Assembly (NCBI GenBank): GCA_964486865.1 | Contig: CAZAOZ010000012.1 | Span: 1,870 to 65,869 of the forward strand | DNA length: 64,000 nucleotides | Reading direction: 5' to 3' | DNA from: an uncultured Bordetella sp. | GTDB lineage: Bacteria; Pseudomonadota; Gammaproteobacteria; Burkholderiales; SG8-41 | Shown: one piece after another, positions 18,472 to 27,034 of the stretch | Position numbering within the stretch: the first letter of the stretch is position 1 | How the letters are laid out: each line of letters begins with the position of its first letter | Notes under the pieces: generated by a model | Database searches by the model: none | Told to the model about the DNA's origin: nothing | Seen by the model: the letters and a program-made list of their open reading frames with translations, nothing else | Translations under genes and position numbers: made by a program

Positions 18472-18653
18472 TTCTTCTTCCTCCGGTTGCGTTTGCATGC
18501 TGAACGCTGGATTGTAAAGAAAAGCGCGGCCCCTCCCTGTCCAAAGTCCACAAAATGCGCGACGCCAGACTGACGGGGCACACCGAAACCCCCGGCCCGA
18601 TCGCACGGCCACCGGGACCACAACAGCGGTCGGGCGCACGTTCCTGTTCTAGC

Positions 18654-18706
18654 GCCTGTTAACAGTCATTTCGTGAGATGAAGTAATTGTTTAATTGTTA
18701 ACAGGC
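18654..18706. promoter_or_regulatory. Pair of (C/T)TGTTAACAG palindromes flanking an AT-rich spacer; candidate operator or structure
   Basis: GCCTGTTAACA (18654-18664) and TGTTAACAGGC (18696-18706) are exact reverse complements, and each contains the self-complementary TGTTAACA. They lie between the UGSC gene stop and the start of the amidohydrolase operon. Confidence 0.35.
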
Positions 18707-18707
18707 C

Positions 18708-19232
18708 CTAGCGCCGGGTCAGCAGCGGCACGATCGCATCGACGGCGATACGCGCCTTCTGCCGCAGCACAGCGTCGTCATTGTTGGCGACCGGATGCGC
18801 GATCACCGCGAAGGGATAATCCTTCAGGCCGTTGACGCCGGCCACCGCTCTTGCGGTGGCGACGAAGCGGTCGGTCATGATCGCGACCGCCGGGATGCCG
18901 AGCCGTTCGGCTTCGATGGCGTCGTGCAAACTGCACGACGAGCAACTGCCTCAGTCGCCGGTGGCGGCGAGGATGGCGTCCGCGCCGCGCATCTCCATCA
19001 GCATCGGCGGCGGCACCGGCCGCGAGGCGTCGGGCTTGCGCCGGCGAATGCACTCGCGCACGCGGTATTCCTTCTTCAGGATTTCCTCGATGAAGTCGAA
19101 CAGCCGTTCGGTGCCGATCTTGGCGTTGTCGATCATGCCGACCACCGCGCCGTCGAACGAGACGAGCGGCGGCGCCATGCGCAGCGCCTCGCCCTGCGCG
19201 GACTGTGTGGGATCAAGGACTCTGAGCATCAT
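18708..19232 (-). CDS. UGSC-motif (GrdB-like) candidate selenoprotein, 174 aa, Sec encoded by TGA 18951-18953
   Basis: ORFs 18951..19439 and 18708..18929 are in the same frame, separated only by a TGA. The joined translation reads ...GADAILAATGD-U-GSCSSCSLHDAIEAERLGIPAVAIMTDRF... and aligns with the paralog at 1-852 on both sides of the TGA. ATG 19232 has a GGGAGG RBS. A perfect hairpin follows the TGA. Confidence 0.8.
18920..18940 (-). other. Candidate SECIS hairpin for TGA 18951-18953
   Basis: Minus-strand CGTCGTGCA-GTT-TGCACGACG is a perfect 9-bp stem (or 8 bp with an AGUUU loop). The stem starts 10 nt after the UGA and the loop 19 nt after it. The loop contains G-U. Confidence 0.6.
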
Positions 19233-19252
19233 GGTTGCCTCCCTGTGTGAAG

Positions 19253-20296
19253 TCACGCGCCGACGGGTATCGTGACCGCCAGCGATTTCTTGCCGTACCA
19301 CGGCGGCAGTATCGCGCCGAAGCCGCCCGCGGGTCCGCCGGCGGCGATGACCAGCAGGTCGTCGGGCGAACGCAGCGCGCAGTACACCTTGTCCTCGTCC
19401 TTGCGCCCCGCGACTGCCGCCTTGCCGACGCCGCGCCATTCGCCGCGCTTCACCCGCGCCTTCTCGAACACGTAGTCGCGGATGTCCTGCTTGCTCCAGC
19501 CGGCAGCGGCAAAAATCTCGCGGTGCTGCTTCGGGATGACGACCGCGTAATTGCCCTCCCAGATCGAGTACAGCAGCATGTTGCTGCGCATCGCCGCGGC
19601 GTAGGTATCGAGGATTTCCTTCGGGTCATGCGTCCATTCGTTCATGATCTGCGTCGGCGACTCCACCTGCAGCGCAGTCACCGCCGACACGCCGGCGGGC
19701 ACGCCGCGCTCGACCGACAGCGGCAGCCACGGCGAATCCTCCTCGTCTTCCGCCACGCAGAAGGTGAACTTGCCCGGATGCCCCAATGTCGAGCGGTCGA
19801 GCTGACCCGGAATGCCGCCCAGCACGTTGAGCAGGATCAGGCGGATGCTGCGGCCGATGGTGGCATTGGCACGGCAGGCGTTGGCGAGCACGTTGTGCGT
19901 CGCGTTCATGCCGATCGCGAGCCGGATGGGTCCGTTGACGACAATGAAAGGCGCGCTGCCGCCGGTACTCGCCGTACTCCCGTGCAGTGCGTACTCGGGC
20001 TGGCACATGGCCCTGACGATGGCAACGACGACCGGCAGGCATTCCGGCAGGCAACCGGCCATCACGGCAGCGATCGCGATTTTTTCAGCGGTAATGCTGC
20101 GGCGGCGCACCGGCTCGACACCGACGACGTCGGCGGCATCAAGCTCCGCTGCGGCCAGGAATTCCGCAACCGCATCCTCGGTCGGCGCAACGATGGGCAG
20201 GCCATCGGTCCAACCGTTGCGCTGGAACAGCTCGTTGGCTTCCGCCGCGTCGGCGACTTCGTGAATGGCACTCGAAAATTTCGGTACGGCGCTCAT
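19253..20296 (-). CDS. Conserved hypothetical protein (347 aa), UGSC-partner family
   Basis: No named family recognised. The N-terminal region (NGWTDGLPIVAPTEDAV...ITAEKIAIAAVMAGCLPECLPVVVAIVRA) is homologous to the C-terminal extension of the fused gene at 1-852. It ends 20 nt upstream of the UGSC gene. Confidence 0.75.
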   Translation of the reverse strand: MSAVPKFSSAIHEVADAAEANELFQRNGWTDGLPIVAPTEDAVAEFLAAAELDAADVVGVEPVRRRSITAEKIAIAAVMAGCLPECLPVVVAIVRAMCQPEYALHGSTASTGGSAPFIVVNGPIRLAIGMNATHNVLANACRANATIGRSIRLILLNVLGGIPGQLDRSTLGHPGKFTFCVAEDEEDSPWLPLSVERGVPAGVSAVTALQVESPTQIMNEWTHDPKEILDTYAAAMRSNMLLYSIWEGNYAVVIPKQHREIFAAAGWSKQDIRDYVFEKARVKRGEWRGVGKAAVAGRKDEDKVYCALRSPDDLLVIAAGGPAGGFGAILPPWYGKKSLAVTIPVGA

Positions 20297-20329
20297 CGAT
20301 GGATCAGCCCGGTGACGACCTGTCGCAGA

Positions 20330-20833
20330 TTAGCCCCGAATCGGCGCCGCCGCCACCGTCTCCGCCAGGAAATCCAGCGCCGCCGCGGTGAACGCGTGCA
20401 TGTTGGCCACGCGATCGCTGCTGCCGGTTTCCAGCGTGCGCGTGCGTTCGACGGTGCCCGCCACCGCAAAACACGCGTGCCCCGGCGGATAGCCGTAGCG
20501 GCTGCCGGTCGGCCCCGCCGCGCCGGTCTCGGTAAGCGCCCAGTCAGTCGCCACCCGCTCGCGGGTGCGGCGCGCCTTGAGCAGCGCATAGGTTTCGGTG
20601 GACGGCGTGATGCCACGCATCTCGTCGTCACTGATGCCCAGCATCGCGCGGCGCATTTCATAGGTGTAAACGACGATGCCGCCGCGCACGCACGCCGAAG
20701 CGCCGGGCACCGCGAGCAGCGCCGCCGTGATCAGCCCGCCCGCCGACGATTCGGCCACCGCGATGGTCTGCTTGCGCGCGATCAGCAGCGCCACGGCGCG
20801 CTCGGCGTGGGGCAGCAATTCATTCATGGCCAT
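20330..20833 (-). CDS. CinA-family C-terminal domain protein (PncC-like nicotinamide-nucleotide amidohydrolase fold)
   Basis: TIAVAESSAGGLITAALLAVPGASACVRGGIVVYTYEMRRAMLGI...WALTETGAAGP matches the CinA_C pattern (AESCTGG-like). Confidence 0.85.
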   Translation of the reverse strand: MAMNELLPHAERAVALLIARKQTIAVAESSAGGLITAALLAVPGASACVRGGIVVYTYEMRRAMLGISDDEMRGITPSTETYALLKARRTRERVATDWALTETGAAGPTGSRYGYPPGHACFAVAGTVERTRTLETGSSDRVANMHAFTAAALDFLAETVAAAPIRG

Positions 20834-20852
20834 CTCCGGTATCGATGTGCGC

Positions 20853-21407
20853 CTAACGCGCGGCGAGAAACGCTTCGAACTCGCCCTGCCGCGTGGACAG
20901 GGTTTTCAGCCAGCGCTGTCCGCCGAACGTGAAGCCGATCCAGTAGCCGAGCTCCACGATTTCCGGCTCAGTGAATTCGCCCTTCAATTCGCCCCAGAGC
21001 TGGTCGCCCGCCTGCGTCGGGTCGTACATGATCGCGTCAGCGTAACGCAGCGCGATCTTCTCGCGGGTCGTGAATTTTGCGGATTTCTCGTAGTTCATGA
21101 GTTCCGCCATCTTGCCGCCGGCATCCTGCGCAGACCGCGCAGTTCCCTGATTGCTTCAGTAGCCGCATTCGATGGTGAACGCGACATAGGCGCGCGTGAG
21201 TTCCTTCAGATCGTGCTCGAGCACCCCGGCGTTGTTGTCGAAAAGCATTTTCCGGGTCAGCGTGAATGACCGCATCACGCCAGGCTGGTGCGCGCGTATC
21301 GCCTGGTTTTCGGGGCCGGGGCGGCCGTCGCGGCGTGCCTCCTCCAGCCACTGGCGCACCTCGGGGTCGCGGATCGTGTCGGGGTCAACGTAACTGAGCC
21401 GGGCCAT
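20853..21407 (-). CDS. Carboxymuconolactone decarboxylase/AhpD-like candidate selenoprotein (CxxU), Sec encoded by TGA 21156-21158
   Basis: ORFs 21156..21428 and 20853..21110 share a frame across one TGA. The joined translation reads ...RAYVAFTIE-C-GY-U-SNQGTARSAQDAGGKMAELMNYEKSAKFTTREKIALRYADAIMYDP..., which places the TGA where CMD/AhpD-like proteins carry the second Cys of CxxC. ATG 21407 has a GAAGGAG RBS. Confidence 0.8.
21126..21142 (-). other. Candidate SECIS hairpin for TGA 21156-21158
   Basis: Minus-strand CTGCGC-GGTCT-GCGCAG is a perfect 6-bp stem with a GGUCU apical loop starting 19 nt after the UGA. As I recall it, the apical part of the E. coli fdhF SECIS (GCAGGUCUGC) has the same GGUCU and a similar distance. 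Confidence 0.6.
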
Positions 21408-21519
21408 GCAGCGGACTCCTTCTGGCAATCATGAAATAATTGATGCTACCCTGAACGCAGCCGGCATCGCTGTCAACCCATCCATTGCCCGGCACCTGTC
21501 AGACATGAGGAAACCCGCC

Positions 21520-22491
21520 ATGAATATCCGAATGCTCGCAGCCCTCGCGGCCGCGGCGCCCCTGATGCTTGCCGCCGCACACGCGGCCGATACCGCGCAG
21601 TACCCCACAAAACCCATACGCCTGATCGTGCCGCAGCAGGCCGGCAGTTCCAACGATACGCTGAGCCGGGTGGTGACCAATTTGCTCGGCGAGGCGCTGG
21701 GGCAGCAAATGGTCGTGGACAACCGCGCCGGCGTGGGCGGAATCATCGGCATGGAAATCGGCGCCGCGGCGGTGCCCGACGGTTACACGCTGGTGTCCAT
21801 GGCGACCGCGCAGGTCATCTCGCCATACCTGCAGAAAAAACTCGCTTACGACACGCTCAGGGATTTCGCGCCGATCTCGCTGTACGGCATCACCTACAAC
21901 GTGTTCATTGCGCACCCGTCGCTGCCGGCAGCGAACGTGAAGGATTTTGTGGCGCTCGCCAAAGCGAAGCCGGGCACGATCAACATGGCATCGGCGGGCC
22001 CGGGCTCGCAAAGCCATCTCGCCGGCGTGATGTTCTCGCTGGCCACCGGCATCAACGTGCTGCATGTCCCGTACAAGGGCGCCGGCGCGTCGGTCGGCGC
22101 GGTATTCGCCAACGAGTCGCAGTTCGCCGTGACGCCGCTCCCGTCCACCGTCGGGCACATCAGGTCCGGACGCCTGAAGGCGCTCGCCCTGAGCTCGAAG
22201 AAGCGTTCACCGTCCGCATCCGACATCCCGACGTTCATCGAGCAGGGATTCAATTTCGAGTCGAGCGGCTGGAACGGCCTCATCGCGCCCAAAAACACGC
22301 CCAAACCCGTCATCGACAAGCTCCTGGCGACGCTGCACAAGGTTGCCGCAACGCCCGCGTTCAAGGAACAGATCGCGCGGCAGGGCGCAGAAGTGATCGT
22401 CAATACGCCGCAGGAGTTTGCGCAGTTCATCCGCGCGGAATTCGACAAGTTCGGGCCGGTGGTGAAAGCCGCGAACCTCCAGGCCTACTGA
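21520..22491 (+). CDS. Bug/TctC family substrate-binding protein
   Basis: MNIRMLAALAAAAPLMLAAAHAADTAQYPTKPIRLIVPQQAGSSNDTLSR...VDNRAGVGG...DGYTLV. GAGGAAA RBS before ATG 21520. Confidence 0.85.
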   Translation: MNIRMLAALAAAAPLMLAAAHAADTAQYPTKPIRLIVPQQAGSSNDTLSRVVTNLLGEALGQQMVVDNRAGVGGIIGMEIGAAAVPDGYTLVSMATAQVISPYLQKKLAYDTLRDFAPISLYGITYNVFIAHPSLPAANVKDFVALAKAKPGTINMASAGPGSQSHLAGVMFSLATGINVLHVPYKGAGASVGAVFANESQFAVTPLPSTVGHIRSGRLKALALSSKKRSPSASDIPTFIEQGFNFESSGWNGLIAPKNTPKPVIDKLLATLHKVAATPAFKEQIARQGAEVIVNTPQEFAQFIRAEFDKFGPVVKAANLQAY

Positions 22492-22553
22492 CCTGCGCCG
22501 GGCGCGGCGCAACAAATGCACAAGCGCCGAAGGTTTATCCGGATTGCCAAATA

Positions 22554-23048
22554 TTATTTGGCGGGAACGGCAGCCACAACATCAATTTCGATCAAAAACT
22601 CCGGTTCGGCCAGCCGGCTGATGATCAGCAGAGTATTGGCAGGCGGGGCTTTCAGGTGCCTGTAGCGGGCCAGCCGCACATCGCGCAGTTCCTTGATATT
22701 GGCCGCATCCGTCAGATAGGTGGTCGTCTTGACGATGTTTTGCAAGTCCGCACCTACTGCTTTGAGTGCCGTCTCGATGTTGTCATAAACCGCATGCGCC
22801 TGGTCCTGGAAATTGTTGCTGTTGACCTTGTAATTTGCATCCGCGGGGGCCTGCCCCGAAAGATAGATCATGCGCGCGCCCTGAACCTCGACCACCTGAG
22901 TCAGCCTCGGCGAGGTCCACAGTCCGGGCGGATTGTGGTGACGCATGACAAAAGCGGGAGACCCGGGGGTCGTGTGAGCGGCATTCAGCATCGTCCAGCG
23001 ACGCAGCAACGGGGTCAGAAAAGCAGGCAGCCTTGATGTTGCAAACAT
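22554..23048 (-). CDS. RidA/YjgF/L-PSP family protein
   Basis: MIYLSGQAPAD...QDQAHAVYDNIETALKAVGADLQNIVKTTTYLTD...PANTLLIISRLAEPEFLIEIDVVA. ATG 23048 has a GGAGA RBS. Confidence 0.8.
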   Translation of the reverse strand: MFATSRLPAFLTPLLRRWTMLNAAHTTPGSPAFVMRHHNPPGLWTSPRLTQVVEVQGARMIYLSGQAPADANYKVNSNNFQDQAHAVYDNIETALKAVGADLQNIVKTTTYLTDAANIKELRDVRLARYRHLKAPPANTLLIISRLAEPEFLIEIDVVAAVPAK

Positions 23049-23247
23049 GAGGGTCTCCGATGGCTTCAAAAATGAACGGCGATAGCTGATAAATAGTATC
23101 AGCTTTTGTTTTCATTCCTCCCGCGCACGATGAATGGCAAGGAATTGCCCCTGAGGAATTAGGGAATGATAAAGCTTGATGCGAAGGCCCGAATTAGGCA
23201 TATTCGTTCCGTCTGAATCGGTTCCGCGCGACAGCCCAGGAGGCCTC

Positions 23248-24228
23248 ATGAGACTGCAAAGCCCTGATATCAGCATCTCCGCACTACTCCTGGCCTGCCT
23301 CCTCTCTTCGGTTGCCGTATATGCCCAGAGTTATCCGACAAAGCCGATCCGGATGGTGGTTCCATTTCCGGCAGGCGGAGGCTCCGACACCATGGCACGC
23401 ACTCTCGCCCGGAAACTTGAGGAAAGTCTTGGTCAAAGAGTTATCGTTGACAATCGCGTAGGTGCTGCCGGAAGCATCGGTGCCGATATCGCCGCGAAAG
23501 CGCCTGCTGACGGATATACGATCCTGCTGGGATCCACATCGGAGCTTACGCAATACCCGAATGTAAATCCGTCCATACCCTATTCTCCTCTGCGTGATTT
23601 TGCGCCAATCAGCCTGGTTGGAACGGTCCCGCTGGTGTTGGTAGTGCATCCCTCCCTGCCGGTCAACTCGGTGCAGGATTTGATTGCTCTCGCCAGGAAG
23701 CGTCCGGGCGAAATACTTTTTGGATCAGCGGGCAACGGTTCCACCACGCATCTGGCCGTGGAAATGTTCATATTGAAAACCGGCATCAAGATTACGCATG
23801 TGCCCTACAAGGGAAGTAATTTTGCGACCGTTGACCTGGTCGCCGGAAATATTCAGATGGCGATACCGACCATGCCTTCCGTATTCCCGTTCATCGAGTC
23901 GAATCGCCTGAAAATTCTCGCGGTCTCAACGGCGAAGCGAACCCCCTTGCTCCCCAATGTGCCGTCAGTGCAGGAAGCCGGGATTGCGGGATACGACAAC
24001 GATTTATGGACGGGGCTGCTTGCTCCGGCGGGAACACCGAGAGCGATACTTTCTCTCCTGCAGGCCGAGACGGTGCGCGCAGTGAGCTCTGCCGACGTTA
24101 AAACCGCTTTTGCCGCCCGTGGCGTGGTGCCAAAGAGCAGCACTGCTGAAGAATTCGCCGCTTTCATGAAAACCGAGCTGGCCAAGTGGGAAGCCGTGGT
24201 CAGGGAAGCAAAAATCCAGGGTAACTAG
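23248..24228 (+). CDS. Bug/TctC family substrate-binding protein
   Basis: SYPTKPIRMVVPFPAGGGSDTMARTLARKL...VDNRVGAAG...DGYTIL. AGGAGG RBS before ATG 23248. Confidence 0.85.
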   Translation: MRLQSPDISISALLLACLLSSVAVYAQSYPTKPIRMVVPFPAGGGSDTMARTLARKLEESLGQRVIVDNRVGAAGSIGADIAAKAPADGYTILLGSTSELTQYPNVNPSIPYSPLRDFAPISLVGTVPLVLVVHPSLPVNSVQDLIALARKRPGEILFGSAGNGSTTHLAVEMFILKTGIKITHVPYKGSNFATVDLVAGNIQMAIPTMPSVFPFIESNRLKILAVSTAKRTPLLPNVPSVQEAGIAGYDNDLWTGLLAPAGTPRAILSLLQAETVRAVSSADVKTAFAARGVVPKSSTAEEFAAFMKTELAKWEAVVREAKIQGN

Positions 24229-24327
24229 CGCGGCATGGCGGGGCTGAAGACTGCCGTTCCGGCTGCGCCAGATACCTGGCCGGAACAAAGGCCGCGTGAA
24301 AAATTTGAATGGGGATGAGCAGGCATC

Positions 24328-25623
24328 ATGAAAAACCATGTGAAACCGCTGTTGCCGGTCAATCTGGGGAACACCCGCATTCCTTATGCTCGAGGCATTC
24401 ATGCGGGCGACTGGATTTTTGCGTCCGGGATACTCGCGACGGATTTCAAAAACGGGCTGGCGCCTGAGATCACGGCCTCACGGCCCCTCTCCGGGCAGCC
24501 GCGGTGGCAGCGCGAGGCAGCCTGCCTGTATGCAAGGGCGACCGAAGTGCTGCAAGCAGCGGGAGCGGATTTCTCGCATGTTGTAAGAACCGATCAGTAT
24601 TTTCCGGATTGGCGTGCGGTTCCTTTCCTGCATCAGGTACGGCGGAATTACAGCAACCCCTGCGTCCCGCCCAGCACCTCCGTACTCGAACCCGGCCTGC
24701 TCTTTCCGGGCGCGGGGATGACCATGGAACTCGTTGCCGTGACGCCCAATCGGGCGCCCAAACCGAAGCCGGTTTATCCGGACGGCCTGGATTTACCTGC
24801 AACATCCTCGTTTGCGCCTGTCGTGGTTGCGGGAGATTTCGTGTTCATCGCGGGCTTCCTCGCGGCCTGGCAACCCGGAGATCTCGGGGGCATTGCACCC
24901 GAGGCGCAAGTGCCGGCCGGCCATTTGTGGAAGGGAAACCGCATTCAACTGGAAGTCGATTACATCATTCGCAAAAAACTCATCCCCGCCCTGAAAGGTG
25001 CGGGGTCATCACTCGGGAACGTGGTCAAGGCCCAGGTTTATCTTGCGGATATCAACGATGTGCCGGCCTTCAACCAGGTGTGGGAGCGGCATTTTTCCGG
25101 AAATATTCCGGCCACCACATTTGTACCCACCCTCAATCCGGGTTTTGCCATCGCGGATGCGCGTTGCGAGATCAATCTTGTCGCGTTGACCGACTCGGGC
25201 GCCACCAGAAAACAAGCAATCAATCCGCCGGGCCTGGTGTCGGCATGCGAGCGTCACCCCATTGCCGTGCGGGCGGGGGATCTGCTGTTATTTTCCGGCA
25301 TGGTCGCCGCCGATGCAGGGGGACTGATCCAGGATGCGCGCATTGATCCGGAGCAACCCTACTTCGGCAGCAGCATCGAGGCGCAGATGGAATATCTGCT
25401 CGAGATGGCGGAGAAAACCTGCGTTGCGGCGGGCACTTCGCTTGCCAATGTGGTGCGCATCCAGCAGTTTCATACGGATCTCCGTGATTTCCATATGGCG
25501 TGCAAAGTCTGGCAGCGCCGCCTCCCCGGACAACCGCTGCCGATCTCGGCTATCGGAGTGCCGCCGCCGTTGCTGGAGCCGGGATGTTCAGTGCAGCTGG
25601 ATCTTTGGGTTTACGTTCCATGA
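24328..25623 (+). CDS. Triple-domain RidA/YjgF-like fusion protein (431 aa)
   Basis: Three consecutive ~135-140-aa segments each show the RidA pattern. They are GDWIFASG...ATEVLQAAGADFSHVVRTDQYF...MELVAV, then GDFVFIAGF...LKGAGSSLGNVVKAQVYLAD...EINLVAL, then GDLLLFSGM...CVAAGTSLANVVRIQQFHTD...VQLDLWVYV. Confidence 0.8.
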   Translation: MKNHVKPLLPVNLGNTRIPYARGIHAGDWIFASGILATDFKNGLAPEITASRPLSGQPRWQREAACLYARATEVLQAAGADFSHVVRTDQYFPDWRAVPFLHQVRRNYSNPCVPPSTSVLEPGLLFPGAGMTMELVAVTPNRAPKPKPVYPDGLDLPATSSFAPVVVAGDFVFIAGFLAAWQPGDLGGIAPEAQVPAGHLWKGNRIQLEVDYIIRKKLIPALKGAGSSLGNVVKAQVYLADINDVPAFNQVWERHFSGNIPATTFVPTLNPGFAIADARCEINLVALTDSGATRKQAINPPGLVSACERHPIAVRAGDLLLFSGMVAADAGGLIQDARIDPEQPYFGSSIEAQMEYLLEMAEKTCVAAGTSLANVVRIQQFHTDLRDFHMACKVWQRRLPGQPLPISAIGVPPPLLEPGCSVQLDLWVYVP

Positions 25624-25699
25624 AGCGGGCAATCCCGCGGCCGGACGCCGCGAGCCGCTTGCCGGAACAGGATCATCAACCGATTGAAGGAAGAGTCTC

Positions 25700-26974
25700 A
25701 TGAGTCACCCCGACTATGCGCGCGTTGCAAGACACATTACGACGGAGGCGGTGCGCGACACGCTGATCGCGATGGTTGATATCGCGAGCCCGACCGGGCG
25801 CGAAGGCGCCCTGGCTGAATACATTGTGGGACGGCTCGCCAAGGCGGGGTTCAATGCCTATCTGCAGGAGGTCAGCGAAGGCCGCCCCAACGCGGTCGGC
25901 GTGCGCCCGGGGTCTGGCGACGGCATAAACCTGCTGTTCACCGGGCACATGGATACTTCCTATGATGGCGACGAGAGCTATCTCAAGGGAGAAGGGTTTA
26001 AAGCCAGGGCCGTATACCGGGACGGCTGGATCTGGGGCCTCGGCGCAAACAACATGAAAAGCGGCCTTGCTTCCGCTCTCGTGGCGCTCGAAGCCATCTG
26101 CCGGGAAGATGTCCAGTTGAAAGGCGATCTCCTTTATGGCGGCGTGGTGGGCGAGACCGAAAAAGCCGCCGTGGATGAATATCGCGGAAGCTCGGTATCG
26201 GGCTATGGGGTGGGCACACGACACATGATCCTGCACGGCATCAGTGCCGATTATTCAATTCTCTGCGAACCGACCAACCTGAGGGCATGTACCGCGAACA
26301 TGGGGGTGCTCTGGGTCAAGATCACCGTCGGCGGCACGGTCAGCCATGCTGCAAACGCGCGCCATCCCAGCGTGATCAATGCCATCGCTGAAATGCACGC
26401 CCTGCAGTCCAGCCTGGAACCATGGATCAAGGGCTACGAGGCAGCGCACATACACCTCGGTGAACATCCCAACGTCACGGTCGCGGCCATTCGCGGCGGC
26501 ATGCCGTGGCGGCTCGCGCGCAACCCGTTTGAATGCAGTCTCTATCTCGATATACGCACCGTTCCGGGCCAGACCGCGGAAGAGGTCAAGCGCTCCCTGC
26601 GCAAGGCGCTGCGGGAATTCGCAACAGCGCATGGCAGACCCGAGCCGGTGCTGCAGGTTCTGGTCAACGACCCGCCGACCGAAATCAACGAAGGGGCGCT
26701 GATCACCCAGGTCGTTTGCGACGCACACCGGCGGGTGACCGGCAAGGATTCGCCTTTCATCATTCGCCGCACCGGCGCGGACTCCACGCACCTCAACCGC
26801 TACGACGTACCGTGTCTCACCTATGGCCCCGGCGGGCGCACGCATCCCGATGCCAAGGCCCTGATGCATGCCGTCGGTGAACATGCGCACGTGGACAACC
26901 TGCTGACCGCGGCCAAGGTTTATGTCGATGCGGCGCTGACGTTGTGCAGTCAACCCGCCGCAGCCAAAACCTGA
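25700..26974 (+). CDS. M20 family metallopeptidase/deacylase (ArgE/DapE/CPG2-like)
   Basis: LLFTGHMDT..., ...GLGANNMKSGLAS..., ...GGVVGETEK..., and a C-terminal ...GADSTHL... pattern typical of M20 dimetal hydrolases. Confidence 0.85.
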   Translation: MSHPDYARVARHITTEAVRDTLIAMVDIASPTGREGALAEYIVGRLAKAGFNAYLQEVSEGRPNAVGVRPGSGDGINLLFTGHMDTSYDGDESYLKGEGFKARAVYRDGWIWGLGANNMKSGLASALVALEAICREDVQLKGDLLYGGVVGETEKAAVDEYRGSSVSGYGVGTRHMILHGISADYSILCEPTNLRACTANMGVLWVKITVGGTVSHAANARHPSVINAIAEMHALQSSLEPWIKGYEAAHIHLGEHPNVTVAAIRGGMPWRLARNPFECSLYLDIRTVPGQTAEEVKRSLRKALREFATAHGRPEPVLQVLVNDPPTEINEGALITQVVCDAHRRVTGKDSPFIIRRTGADSTHLNRYDVPCLTYGPGGRTHPDAKALMHAVGEHAHVDNLLTAAKVYVDAALTLCSQPAAAKT

Positions 26975-27034
26975 AGCGCCGGCGCCGCGAAAAACCCAAG
27001 CCATCGATCCGATCCAATCCCGGGGAGCAAGCGC

